Shown one piece after another: positions 17,202-25,887 of a stretch of 64,000 nucleotides of DNA. Each line of letters starts with the position of its first letter. The stretch's first letter is position 1. The notes below the pieces were generated by a model. That model made no database searches, was not told where the DNA came from, and saw only the letters and a list, made by a program, of their open reading frames with translations. Location of the stretch: the NCBI GenBank assembly GCA_947632455.1, contig CANRPK010000004.1, positions 3,542 through 67,541 on the forward strand, in the 5' to 3' direction. This DNA comes from an uncultured Bacilli bacterium. Lineage in GTDB: Bacteria > Bacillota_I > Bacilli_A > RF39 > UBA660. A program made the translations under genes and the position numbers.

Positions 17202-18710
17202 ATGAAATTAGAAAAATTGGAGGATAATACCTCCAAAGTAAAGGGAGTAATAATAGGGATATTACTAACTATAGGTTTAGTAATATTAATAAACTATATA
17301 ACGAGTTTAGCAAGATATAGAAATACAGAGAGTATAGAACTAGCAAGTGGCAATATAAGTTATAATAAAGCAGATTTAAATATAATCGCCATGTATCAAG
17401 AAAAAGATGATAGTACTAAAGAAGAAAAAGAATATGTAAGTATAAATAAAATACCAACAGTTGGATATAAACTAAGTGAAGATAGTTATTGTGAAGTAGG
17501 TAGCGAGAGAGTAGAAGAAGCAGAATTTACATTAAATGAAAAGGGAATAACAATAGCAAACTTACAAGAAAAAGGAACAAAATGTTATGTATACTTTGAT
17601 AGTTTATCAAGAGAGATGCTAACTAAATTAGAAAAATCAAAACAAAGTAAATATACTATAGATAAAATGCCAAGTCCCATAACTGGAATATATGATGAAC
17701 AAAAAGAAAATCCCGAAGGAAAAGAGAAGTTATATACAACCGAAGATAATTATGGAACAAGTTATGTGTTTAGAGGAAACAATGATGATGTAAATAACTG
17801 GGTAACATTTGCCAATCATACATGGAGAATAATTAGAATAAATGGAGATGGCACACTAAGGTTGATTTATCAATGTGCAGAACCAAATTGTGAAACAACT
17901 GAAGGAGAAGAAACTCAAATAAGAAGAAGTTCATATAAATTAGAACCATATGATGACAATGCCTATGTCGGCTATTATTATGGAACAGCGCACACAGAAG
18001 AAAAACCAAATCCACCATATGATGAAGTTCACTCAAATTCCCATCCAAGTACTATAGCATATGCGGTTGATGGTTGGTATAGTGGAACAGGAGCAATGGG
18101 TAATTATACAGACTATCTAGATGGAAACACTGGATGGTGTAATGATCGAACGGTAGTAAAAAATATTCAGCCTGATTATAACGGAAATGGAACAGGTCAA
18201 ACGGCAACAGGATATGGTCCAGCAGCAAGATTAATGTTTAATAGAACTTGGAGAACAAAACAATATCCGACATTAAAGTGTGGAGTAGTAATGCCAGATG
18301 AAGCTCCAACTGAAGAAGAAGGATTTAGCAGTTTTGATAAAATAGATCCAATAGCATTAAAAAGGGACTTATTCACAACCTCTGGTACTGGTATAGGCAA
18401 TGAAGTACTTACAAATCCAGTAGGCTTAATCACAAGTGACGAATTAGTTATGGCTGGAGGCTTTGGAGGCAAAGCCGGAACTAACTACTGGCTTTATACC
18501 AACCTATATTATTGGACAATGTCGCCGTGGGGCTATGATGTCGATAGTTTGGCTCGCGTGTTCTGTGTACATGATAGTGGTCTCATCCTCAATTCAGGCG
18601 CTATAGACCCTTATGGTGCGCGTCCAGTAGTTAATCTGAAGGCTGATACAACATTCTCAGGAGGAAATGGTAAATCTGATAATCCATTCGTAGTAAAAAC
18701 AAACATATAA
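17202..18710 (+). CDS. Paralog C of the ~500-aa family
   Basis: 502 aa. Same N-terminus as B and D, with the family blocks including GWCNDR, YPTLKCG, YWLYTNLYYWTMSP and ARPVVNL. Confidence 0.9.
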   Translation: MKLEKLEDNTSKVKGVIIGILLTIGLVILINYITSLARYRNTESIELASGNISYNKADLNIIAMYQEKDDSTKEEKEYVSINKIPTVGYKLSEDSYCEVGSERVEEAEFTLNEKGITIANLQEKGTKCYVYFDSLSREMLTKLEKSKQSKYTIDKMPSPITGIYDEQKENPEGKEKLYTTEDNYGTSYVFRGNNDDVNNWVTFANHTWRIIRINGDGTLRLIYQCAEPNCETTEGEETQIRRSSYKLEPYDDNAYVGYYYGTAHTEEKPNPPYDEVHSNSHPSTIAYAVDGWYSGTGAMGNYTDYLDGNTGWCNDRTVVKNIQPDYNGNGTGQTATGYGPAARLMFNRTWRTKQYPTLKCGVVMPDEAPTEEEGFSSFDKIDPIALKRDLFTTSGTGIGNEVLTNPVGLITSDELVMAGGFGGKAGTNYWLYTNLYYWTMSPWGYDVDSLARVFCVHDSGLILNSGAIDPYGARPVVNLKADTTFSGGNGKSDNPFVVKTNI

Positions 18711-18714
18711 AAAA

Positions 18715-18754
18715 CTTGCCTATGCGTCTTCTTCTTATTCTGAGTATAGGCAAG
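18715..18754 (+). repeat. Family 3' stem-loop, copy C (as copy B, but one pair is G.U)
   Basis: CTTGCCTATGC ... GTATAGGCAAG with loop GTCTTCTTCTTATTCTGA. Confidence 0.75.
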
Positions 18755-18768
18755 ATATATTTATCAAT

Positions 18769-18791
18769 GATAGGGAGCGTCCCTATCTTTT
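18769..18791 (+). terminator. Terminator of paralog C
   Basis: GATAGGGA-gcg-TCCCTATC followed by TTTT. Confidence 0.7.
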
Positions 18792-18844
18792 ACTTTTATA
18801 AAAAAAGTGTTATAATTAATCTATAATAAAGGAGGATATTATAT

Positions 18845-19759
18845 ATGGAAGAAATAAGTATGCTAGAACGATATGGCGAAAATTTAACGAATAAAAATTA
18901 TATTACAGATCCCGCTATTGGTCGTGAGCAAGAAATAAAACAAATGATTTTAACCTTATTAACTCCTGAAAAAAGTGCTTTATTAGTTGGTAAGCCAGGT
19001 ATAGGAAAAACAGCTATAGTTGAAGGATTAGCTTATCGTATAATTAAAGGTTATGTTCCCGATGTTTTACTAAATTATGAAATTATCAAAATAAATATAA
19101 CCAGTTTATTAGGTAGTGAAAATGTTTCTGGTACTGCTGAAAATCGCATTGATTTATTAGTTAGAGAATTAGCCAAAAAAGATAATGTCATCATTTTTAT
19201 AGATGAAACTCATTTACTAGTAAATAAAGAAGGAGGCCTTGACTTTGCTAACATGTTAAAAGCTGGTCTAGACCGTGGTACAATAAAAATGATTGGCGCT
19301 ACCACTACTGAAGAATATGAACATTATATTTTAAGAGATCGTGCCTTTTTAAGAAGATTTCAAAAAATTGAAGTTGAAGAAGCTGATAAAGAAACAACAG
19401 TTAGTATATTAATGGGAACCCTTCCCAAAATTGAAAAACAAGTCGGGGTAAAATGTGAATATACTGATTTTATTAAAACTAAAATAATGCGTTTTATTGT
19501 AGAAATGACTGATGAGTATAAAAGGGTATATGAAATAGCCTCACGTTATCCTGATATATGTTTAACGATAGTATCTAATGCATATACTTATGCTTTATAT
19601 GATAATGTTAAATCAGTCACATTAAAACATTTTTATAAAGCTATATGTAATGCCAAAAATATTTATGAAGATGCTAAATTAAAGGAAATAGAAAGATTTA
19701 AAGTTGAATTTGCTGATATGATAAAGGAAGAAGGAGTAGATTTAAATGAGCAAAATTAA
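18845..19759 (+). CDS. Stand-alone Clp/Hsp100 D1-type AAA+ ATPase module (no N-domain, no D2)
   Basis: [32 protein letters not shown], Walker [19 protein letters not shown], Walker [41 protein letters not shown]. It reads like ClpB/ClpC NBD1 but is only 304 aa. Confidence 0.7.
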   Translation: MEEISMLERYGENLTNKNYITDPAIGREQEIKQMILTLLTPEKSALLVGKPGIGKTAIVEGLAYRIIKGYVPDVLLNYEIIKINITSLLGSENVSGTAENRIDLLVRELAKKDNVIIFIDETHLLVNKEGGLDFANMLKAGLDRGTIKMIGATTTEEYEHYILRDRAFLRRFQKIEVEEADKETTVSILMGTLPKIEKQVGVKCEYTDFIKTKIMRFIVEMTDEYKRVYEIASRYPDICLTIVSNAYTYALYDNVKSVTLKHFYKAICNAKNIYEDAKLKEIERFKVEFADMIKEEGVDLNEQN

Positions 19760-20801
19760 AGTATTTCAAATCGGATGTGGAAAAATGAGTAAATATATTA
19801 TGGAATATATTTATAATTTAGGTGGTACTATTGTTGGTGCCGTTGATATAAATGAAGATTTAATCGGTGAAGATATAAGTACAGTAATTAAGTGTGATAA
19901 AAAAGATGTAATTATTAACGATTTATCGAGATTAGAAGAATTATTACAAGAAACTAAACCTGATATAGCAGTAATTACTACATTAAGTTATTTAAATGAT
20001 GTTGAAAAAGAAATAAGAACATGTATTACTTGTGGAGTAAATGTTATTACTACTTCTGAAGAATGTTTTTATGCCCAAAACTCTAATCCAACGTTATATC
20101 ATGAGCTAGATACTTTAGCTAAATCTTATAATGTAACCGTAACGGGATGTGGTTATCAAGATATATTCTGGGGTAATTTAATTACTACTATTGCTTCATC
20201 TACCCATAAAATAACTAAAATAAAAGGAAGTTCTTCATATAATGTTGAAGATTATGGTATTGCTTTAGCTAAAGTTCATGGTGCTGGTTTATCTATGGAT
20301 GAATTTGATTCTCAAATTGCCAAAGTAGATAATATTACTCCTGAACAAAGAACAAGATTAATTAATAATCGGGAATATACCCCATCTTATATGTGGAATA
20401 CTGTTGGCTGGCTTGCTGAAAAACTTCATCTAACTCCAACTAACATGACTAGTAAAACTATTCCTATGACCCACCCTGAAGATCTTCATAGTGAAACTCT
20501 AAAGATGGATATTAAAGCGGGAGATGCTACCGGAATGAGTGCTGTAGCTATATTAGAAACTAAAGAGGGTATTACTATTGAAGCCGAAAGCATAGGTAAA
20601 GTTTATAGCAAAGATGATTTTGATACTAATACTTGGACCATTTATGGTGAACCTGATACCACTATTACTATTAGTAAACCTGATACAGTAAGACTTACAT
20701 GTGCAGATATAGTAAATAGAATACCGGATGTAATTAATGCTAAACCAGGATTTGTTCCTACTTGTGAGTTACCTGAACCAACATATAAAATAAATTATTA
20801 A
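19746..20801 (+). CDS. NAD(P)-binding Rossmann oxidoreductase (DapB-like / amine-dehydrogenase-like)
   Basis: N-terminal [14 protein letters not shown] dinucleotide-binding motif, ~350 aa. It overlaps the upstream AAA+ gene by 14 nt. The family call is tentative. Confidence 0.45.
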   Translation: MSKIKVFQIGCGKMSKYIMEYIYNLGGTIVGAVDINEDLIGEDISTVIKCDKKDVIINDLSRLEELLQETKPDIAVITTLSYLNDVEKEIRTCITCGVNVITTSEECFYAQNSNPTLYHELDTLAKSYNVTVTGCGYQDIFWGNLITTIASSTHKITKIKGSSSYNVEDYGIALAKVHGAGLSMDEFDSQIAKVDNITPEQRTRLINNREYTPSYMWNTVGWLAEKLHLTPTNMTSKTIPMTHPEDLHSETLKMDIKAGDATGMSAVAILETKEGITIEAESIGKVYSKDDFDTNTWTIYGEPDTTITISKPDTVRLTCADIVNRIPDVINAKPGFVPTCELPEPTYKINY

Positions 20802-20803
20802 TA

Positions 20804-22663
20804 TTAAAGGTGCAAAGCTTTAGCTTGCATCTTTTTTAAATATTTTTGTAACTTTTTATCACATGCATAAACATAACAACCCTTCATTCCTCTAGTCATT
20901 AAAACCCTATAAGTATTTCTTATAATTAAATCTGCCAAATTTTCATAATAATCTTTATCTTCCTTTAATAAAACTTGCAATCCATATAATGATTTTTCGG
21001 TAATAGATCGCTCCTTATAATCTGTAACTACTAAACTATTTCTATATTTTAAATCTGGACCTATAATTACGCCAATATAATCAAATTCTAAACCTTGGAC
21101 ATTATGAATACAACCAACTTCATTTATGGCATTTAATCTAGTCGCAAAAGGTTCACCATGCTTTAAATTCCAACTCATCCCAAAATCTCCAATTATAATA
21201 TCATGATAATCTTGATCATCCGCAAATCTACTTTTTCTAGGCCAACAATAACCTGCGACTATTCTAGCATTGTTATTAGTATTTTTTTCGGTAATTAAAT
21301 CTCTTAAAGCTTGAGGACTATCCATTACTCTAAAATCAAAATTAAAATTAACTTTATATCTTTTATTATAAAGAAAAGAATCCAAAAAATCTAAATATTT
21401 ATCACTACCATTACATCTAAATTGACTAATAAGTTCTCTTTTAACAATCTTAGCTTGATACTTTTTAGCCCACATTTCAATATTTTTAATTTTACCAATA
21501 TCATTTAAAGTTACAATCTGTTTTTCATCGATAAAAAAGACACTTAAAAAAGCCGCATGAATAATTTCTTTAATTTGATTTTCTCCCGCATTATTATACA
21601 TTCCTGATTTTTCTTGTAATCTATGGGCTTCATCAACTAATAAGAAATCATACTTATTTTCTTTATCTCTAATAAAAGCTCCCGAACTTTTAAATAATTC
21701 ATTAACACAAACTTCATTATCATTTACTACCAACTTATTTTTATATACTTTTCTAGGAGCCATATTTTTCGAAACATAAGCTCCCACTAAGCCATTTTTA
21801 ATCAAGTAACCTAAAGCATTTATGGCCAAAACTGATTTACCTGTTCCAGGTCCTCCATTAATAATCATTACAATTTTTTTATTTTCGGTATAAGCTTCAT
21901 AAGCTAAAGTTACAATTTCTTCCATAATAACTTTTTGTTCATCTAAAAGCTTAAATTCACTTTTAGTTTTTAAAGCATTATTTATTGTATCTAATAATTT
22001 TTTAGTTGGCCTTTCTTCACTTTTATCTATAATGTTTATAACTTCTAAGTTATCCCCATAAATTATTTGTGAACCAATAAGATTAATTAAATCATCTTTA
22101 TCATCTTTCCCAAACATATAAACTTTACTATAATAAGGTTTATATTTTATATTATATAAAGCATCATTACCCTCTAATTCATAATTATGTAAATATACAA
22201 TCGGTATAATAGTAATATCTTCTTTTTCTACATTTATATTATAACCTTTAAGTAAATTAGCATAACTAAGTACTTGATATGCCGGATGTAAAACATTTTT
22301 TTCTCTTTTTCCAATATGAGTTCTAATTACTCCATCCACAGATTTTATAACTCTAGCATAAGTCCATTGCTTAAGTTCTACTAAAAATATTAAAGGCTTG
22401 TGATCTTTGGTATACCCACTTATAATCATATCTACACTCTTACTAGTAAGGGGAATATTATATTCTATAGTTATTCCTACATTATCTGGTAAATTAATTA
22501 AAATATCTTTCATAATAGGTAAACTATTAGCCCAAGCTTTAATTTGATTAAAAACCGTTTTTTTCTTAAATATATTTTGATAAGCTTCATAAACTTTATT
22601 ACTTATTATTCCTTCATTAACATAATCTATAAACTCTTTTTTAGTACACGCAAAAACAATCAT
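20804..22663 (-). CDS. DUF2075-type P-loop NTPase (SF1 helicase-like, Schlafen-C-terminal-like)
   Basis: INGGPGTGKSVLAINALGYL (Walker A), FLLVDEAHRL (Walker B), C-terminal VHNVQGLEFDYIGVIIG and YRVLMTRGMKGCYVY. The N-terminal ~200 aa are nuclease-like. Confidence 0.7.
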   Translation of the reverse strand: MIVFACTKKEFIDYVNEGIISNKVYEAYQNIFKKKTVFNQIKAWANSLPIMKDILINLPDNVGITIEYNIPLTSKSVDMIISGYTKDHKPLIFLVELKQWTYARVIKSVDGVIRTHIGKREKNVLHPAYQVLSYANLLKGYNINVEKEDITIIPIVYLHNYELEGNDALYNIKYKPYYSKVYMFGKDDKDDLINLIGSQIIYGDNLEVINIIDKSEERPTKKLLDTINNALKTKSEFKLLDEQKVIMEEIVTLAYEAYTENKKIVMIINGGPGTGKSVLAINALGYLIKNGLVGAYVSKNMAPRKVYKNKLVVNDNEVCVNELFKSSGAFIRDKENKYDFLLVDEAHRLQEKSGMYNNAGENQIKEIIHAAFLSVFFIDEKQIVTLNDIGKIKNIEMWAKKYQAKIVKRELISQFRCNGSDKYLDFLDSFLYNKRYKVNFNFDFRVMDSPQALRDLITEKNTNNNARIVAGYCWPRKSRFADDQDYHDIIIGDFGMSWNLKHGEPFATRLNAINEVGCIHNVQGLEFDYIGVIIGPDLKYRNSLVVTDYKERSITEKSLYGLQVLLKEDKDYYENLADLIIRNTYRVLMTRGMKGCYVYACDKKLQKYLKKMQAKALHL

Positions 22664-22673
22664 CTAATCAACT

Positions 22674-22712
22674 CCTAAAAAAAGACTAGTAAAAACCTAA
22701 AGTCTTTACTAG
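22674..22712 (-). terminator. Rho-independent terminator of the Rieske/FAD gene, immediately before the DUF2075 SD
   Basis: Minus-strand RNA reads CTAGTAAA-gactttaggt-TTTACTAG followed by TCTTTTTTT, then AGGAG and the ATG at 22663. Confidence 0.65.
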
Positions 22713-22740
22713 CCCTTTAATACTTTTATTATAACATAAA

Positions 22741-24159
22741 TTATTTAAAAGTTATATCAAAATTACTCGGACCATTAATACATTTTCCATCTAAAGTAAA
22801 TCTTGAACCATGACATAAACATTCCCATACTCTTTCTGTTTCATTAAATACTATCCCACATTTTAAATGGGGACATCTATTAAGTACAATATATTCTTTA
22901 TTATTATCTTTATATATTAAAACTTTCTTTCCCTTAATAGTTTTGTTAATAACACTTTTATTATTAACATTATTTTTATTACTCTTTGTAAAAGCTTTAA
23001 TATTAGAGTATAAATCTGTAAAAACTCTTCCTAACTTATGTAAATTTAATCCTCTAGTCGGATTAAATAATTCTTCATATTTATTTTGCTTTTCTAATAT
23101 TAAATCTTTTATAATATAACCCGCTAAAACTCCATTAGTCATCCCCCAAGTATTATAACCTGTTGCTAAAAATAAATTATCTTCTATTCCCCCAATAAAT
23201 GGTAAATAATCATTAGTAATTAAATCATTATTAGACCAAATATAATCAAAGTTATTTTTAAAATAATCAAAATTTTTATTTATATCTTTTATATTAGCAC
23301 TCTTTAAAGAATTATTTAAATATATTAAATTATTATTATAATATCTAATTGATATACATGGTTTATCAATACTTATAGCGCTAGATTTTTTATTTGTACT
23401 CTTTTTCACTCCAATATAAGAAGTCTCAATATAATTTTTAAAAGGTAATCCTAAAGGTATTAAAAAATAGGGATAATGACTTGCCATAACTAAATATTTA
23501 GTTTTAATTATCTTACCATTTACTATACATTCATAATAACCATTTACTTTTCTAAATCCTTCTAGTTTTGAATTTTCATATATATAATCTCTGTATTTAT
23601 CTACCCAATAATTAATATATTTTATAGGATTAAATACATAACTATCTTTAATTTTTAATGCCATTTTAACATTTTTGTCAAACATAACATCTGTTATTTT
23701 TTCAATTTCTAAATTATTATCTTTAAAAAATTTATATTCCTCTTCCAATTTTTCTAAGTTTTCTTCTTCAAGTGTAAATAAATAAGCATCAACTTTTTCT
23801 AAATCACAATCTATCTTGTTCTTTATAATTAAATCTTTAAGTAAATTAACTGCCAACACTTGACTATTTAAATATTCTAAAGCTATTTTATTACCTAAAG
23901 TTTTTCTTATATTTATATATGTATCTCCCTGTAAATAAGTTATTTTAGCGGTACTTCTACTAGTAGTTCCAGATCCACATTTATTTTTTTCAATTAAAAT
24001 AGTTTTATATTTTGAATTAATTAAATTAACTAAGGTAGAAATTCCCGTAATACCTCCACCAACGATTAAAATATCGACAACCATATTTTCATCAATACGT
24101 TTCTTTTTTAAATTATTAATTGAATTTTGCCAAATACTATAATTTTTCATAAACATCAT
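22741..24159 (-). CDS. FAD-dependent oxidoreductase with C-terminal Rieske [2Fe-2S] domain (YhfW-like)
   Basis: DILIVGGGITGISTL FAD motif; C-terminal CPHLKC...CLCHGSRF Rieske motif. Confidence 0.75.
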   Translation of the reverse strand: MMFMKNYSIWQNSINNLKKKRIDENMVVDILIVGGGITGISTLVNLINSKYKTILIEKNKCGSGTTSRSTAKITYLQGDTYINIRKTLGNKIALEYLNSQVLAVNLLKDLIIKNKIDCDLEKVDAYLFTLEEENLEKLEEEYKFFKDNNLEIEKITDVMFDKNVKMALKIKDSYVFNPIKYINYWVDKYRDYIYENSKLEGFRKVNGYYECIVNGKIIKTKYLVMASHYPYFLIPLGLPFKNYIETSYIGVKKSTNKKSSAISIDKPCISIRYYNNNLIYLNNSLKSANIKDINKNFDYFKNNFDYIWSNNDLITNDYLPFIGGIEDNLFLATGYNTWGMTNGVLAGYIIKDLILEKQNKYEELFNPTRGLNLHKLGRVFTDLYSNIKAFTKSNKNNVNNKSVINKTIKGKKVLIYKDNNKEYIVLNRCPHLKCGIVFNETERVWECLCHGSRFTLDGKCINGPSNFDITFK

Positions 24160-24255
24160 TATTAATATTTGTAAATATCAATTAAAAATACATAAAGTCT
24201 TGATTTTTTTAATAATATTTGATATTCTAATTATGCTTAATAAAAAAGCATTTAT

Positions 24256-24332
24256 GGCGGGATTGGTGAAGTGGTTAACACGGCAGATTGTGGCTCTGTT
24301 ATGCGTGGGTTCGACTCCCACATCTCGCCCCA
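24256..24332 (+). tRNA. tRNA-His (anticodon GTG) with encoded G-1 and CCA
   Basis: Hand-folded cloverleaf. Acceptor GCGGGAT/ATCTCGC with G-1 opposite C73. Anticodon stem GCAGA/TCTGT, loop TTGTGGC. T-arm GTGGGTTCGACTCCCAC. 3' CCA present. Confidence 0.9.
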
Positions 24333-24367
24333 TCTGAATTTAAGCACATATTTGTGCTACAATATAA

Positions 24368-24396
24368 AGTTCATAAATCTATTATGAGCTTTTTTA
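24368..24396 (+). terminator. Terminator after tRNA-His
   Basis: AGTTCATAA-atcta-TTATGAGCT (one G.U pair) followed by a T-run. Confidence 0.6.
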
Positions 24397-24465
24397 TTTT
24401 AAATATTAAAATAAAGGTGCATAACTTTTCTTTTAAAATAGCAAACTATTTATAGAGGTTAAATC

Positions 24466-25821
24466 ATGAATAGTTTAAAAAAATATAATACTAAAAGAAA
24501 TTTTAAAGTAACAAAAGAACCGGTAGGTCAAGTTAAAAAATCATCAAAAAAATTAAAATTCTGTATTCAACATCATTTAGCTAAAAAAGATCATTATGAC
24601 TTACGCTTAGAATGGGATGGTGTTTATTTAAGTTGGGCTGTACCTAAAGGCCCATCTTATAACCCTACAGATAAAAGATTAGCAATTAAAGTTGAAGATC
24701 ATCCCTTATCTTATGGTAATTTTGAAGGTACTATCCCAAAAGGTGAATATGGCGCAGGAATAGTAATGCTTTGGGATAAAGGCGAGTTTATACCGGAGAC
24801 AAATTTTAAAGAAAATCTTAAAAAAGGTATTATTAAATTTACTTTAAAAGGAAAAAGAATAAAAGGTAAGTGGTCTTTAGTTAGATTTAAGGAAGATAAT
24901 TGGTTATTATTAAAAGAAAATGATGAATATAAAAATTATGCTAATATTAATAAATATCAAACTAGTATAAAAACCAATCGAACCATGACTGAAATAGAGA
25001 AGGGAAAAACTAAACCCAAAACATCAAGAAAAGAAGCTATAGTATGTGGAATAACTATTACTAACCCCGATAAAGTAATTTTTTCTAATCCTAAAATAAC
25101 TAAACTAGATATAGCCATGTACTATCATAAAATAGCTAAAAAAATGTTACCATATTTACAAAATAGATTAATAAGTACAGTTAGAGCTCCTGAAGGTATT
25201 ACCAAAGAAAAATTTTTCAAAAAACATTTTGATACTAATCCTTATTTAAAAAAAGTAACTATTCCCAGTAAAGAACATAAAGAAGACTATTATTATATAG
25301 CAAATGAAGAAGGTCTAATTTATGAAGTTCAAATGAATAGTTATGAATTTCATATTTGGGGTAGTCAAGTATCAGATTTAAATCATCCCGATTTAATGGT
25401 TTTTGATTTAGATCCCGATGTTAGTTTAAGTTTAAAAAAAGTTCGTGAAGGCGTAAAAGATTTACAAAAAATATTAAAGGAATTTAATTTAAAAGCAAGC
25501 ATCAAAGTAAGTGGAGGAAAAGGTTATCACATTATGGTTCCTATAAAAAATAAAATTTCCTGGGCTAAGTTTAGTAAAATAGCTCAAAATATTGCTGAAT
25601 TATTAGTCGAAAGATACCCCGACAAATATACAACTAATATTAAAAAAGAAGCTCGTAAAGGTAAAATATTTATAGATTATCTTCGCAATAAAAAAAGCGC
25701 TACCTTTGTTGCACCTTTTTCCCTAAGACTAAAATCAAAACCTAGTATATCACTTCCTATTTCTTGGACAGATTTAGATAATATTAAACCAAATGAAATT
25801 TTAATCACCAAATATTTATAA
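24466..25821 (+). CDS. LigD-type 3'-phosphoesterase + primase-polymerase fusion (no ligase domain)
   Basis: PE domain: FCIQHHLAKKDHYDLRLEWDGVYLSWAVPKGPS...VEDHPLSYGNFEGTIPKGEYGAG. Pol domain: ITNPDKVIFSNPKITKLDIAMYYHKIAKKMLPYLQNRLISTVRAPEGI, MVFDLDPD, SGGKGYHI. Confidence 0.8.
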   Translation: MNSLKKYNTKRNFKVTKEPVGQVKKSSKKLKFCIQHHLAKKDHYDLRLEWDGVYLSWAVPKGPSYNPTDKRLAIKVEDHPLSYGNFEGTIPKGEYGAGIVMLWDKGEFIPETNFKENLKKGIIKFTLKGKRIKGKWSLVRFKEDNWLLLKENDEYKNYANINKYQTSIKTNRTMTEIEKGKTKPKTSRKEAIVCGITITNPDKVIFSNPKITKLDIAMYYHKIAKKMLPYLQNRLISTVRAPEGITKEKFFKKHFDTNPYLKKVTIPSKEHKEDYYYIANEEGLIYEVQMNSYEFHIWGSQVSDLNHPDLMVFDLDPDVSLSLKKVREGVKDLQKILKEFNLKASIKVSGGKGYHIMVPIKNKISWAKFSKIAQNIAELLVERYPDKYTTNIKKEARKGKIFIDYLRNKKSATFVAPFSLRLKSKPSISLPISWTDLDNIKPNEILITKYL

Positions 25822-25887
25822 TTTTGAAATTTGCTATAGTAAAAACTTTTTTCTTATGTTAAACTTATATCTAAGAAGTGGTGTTAT

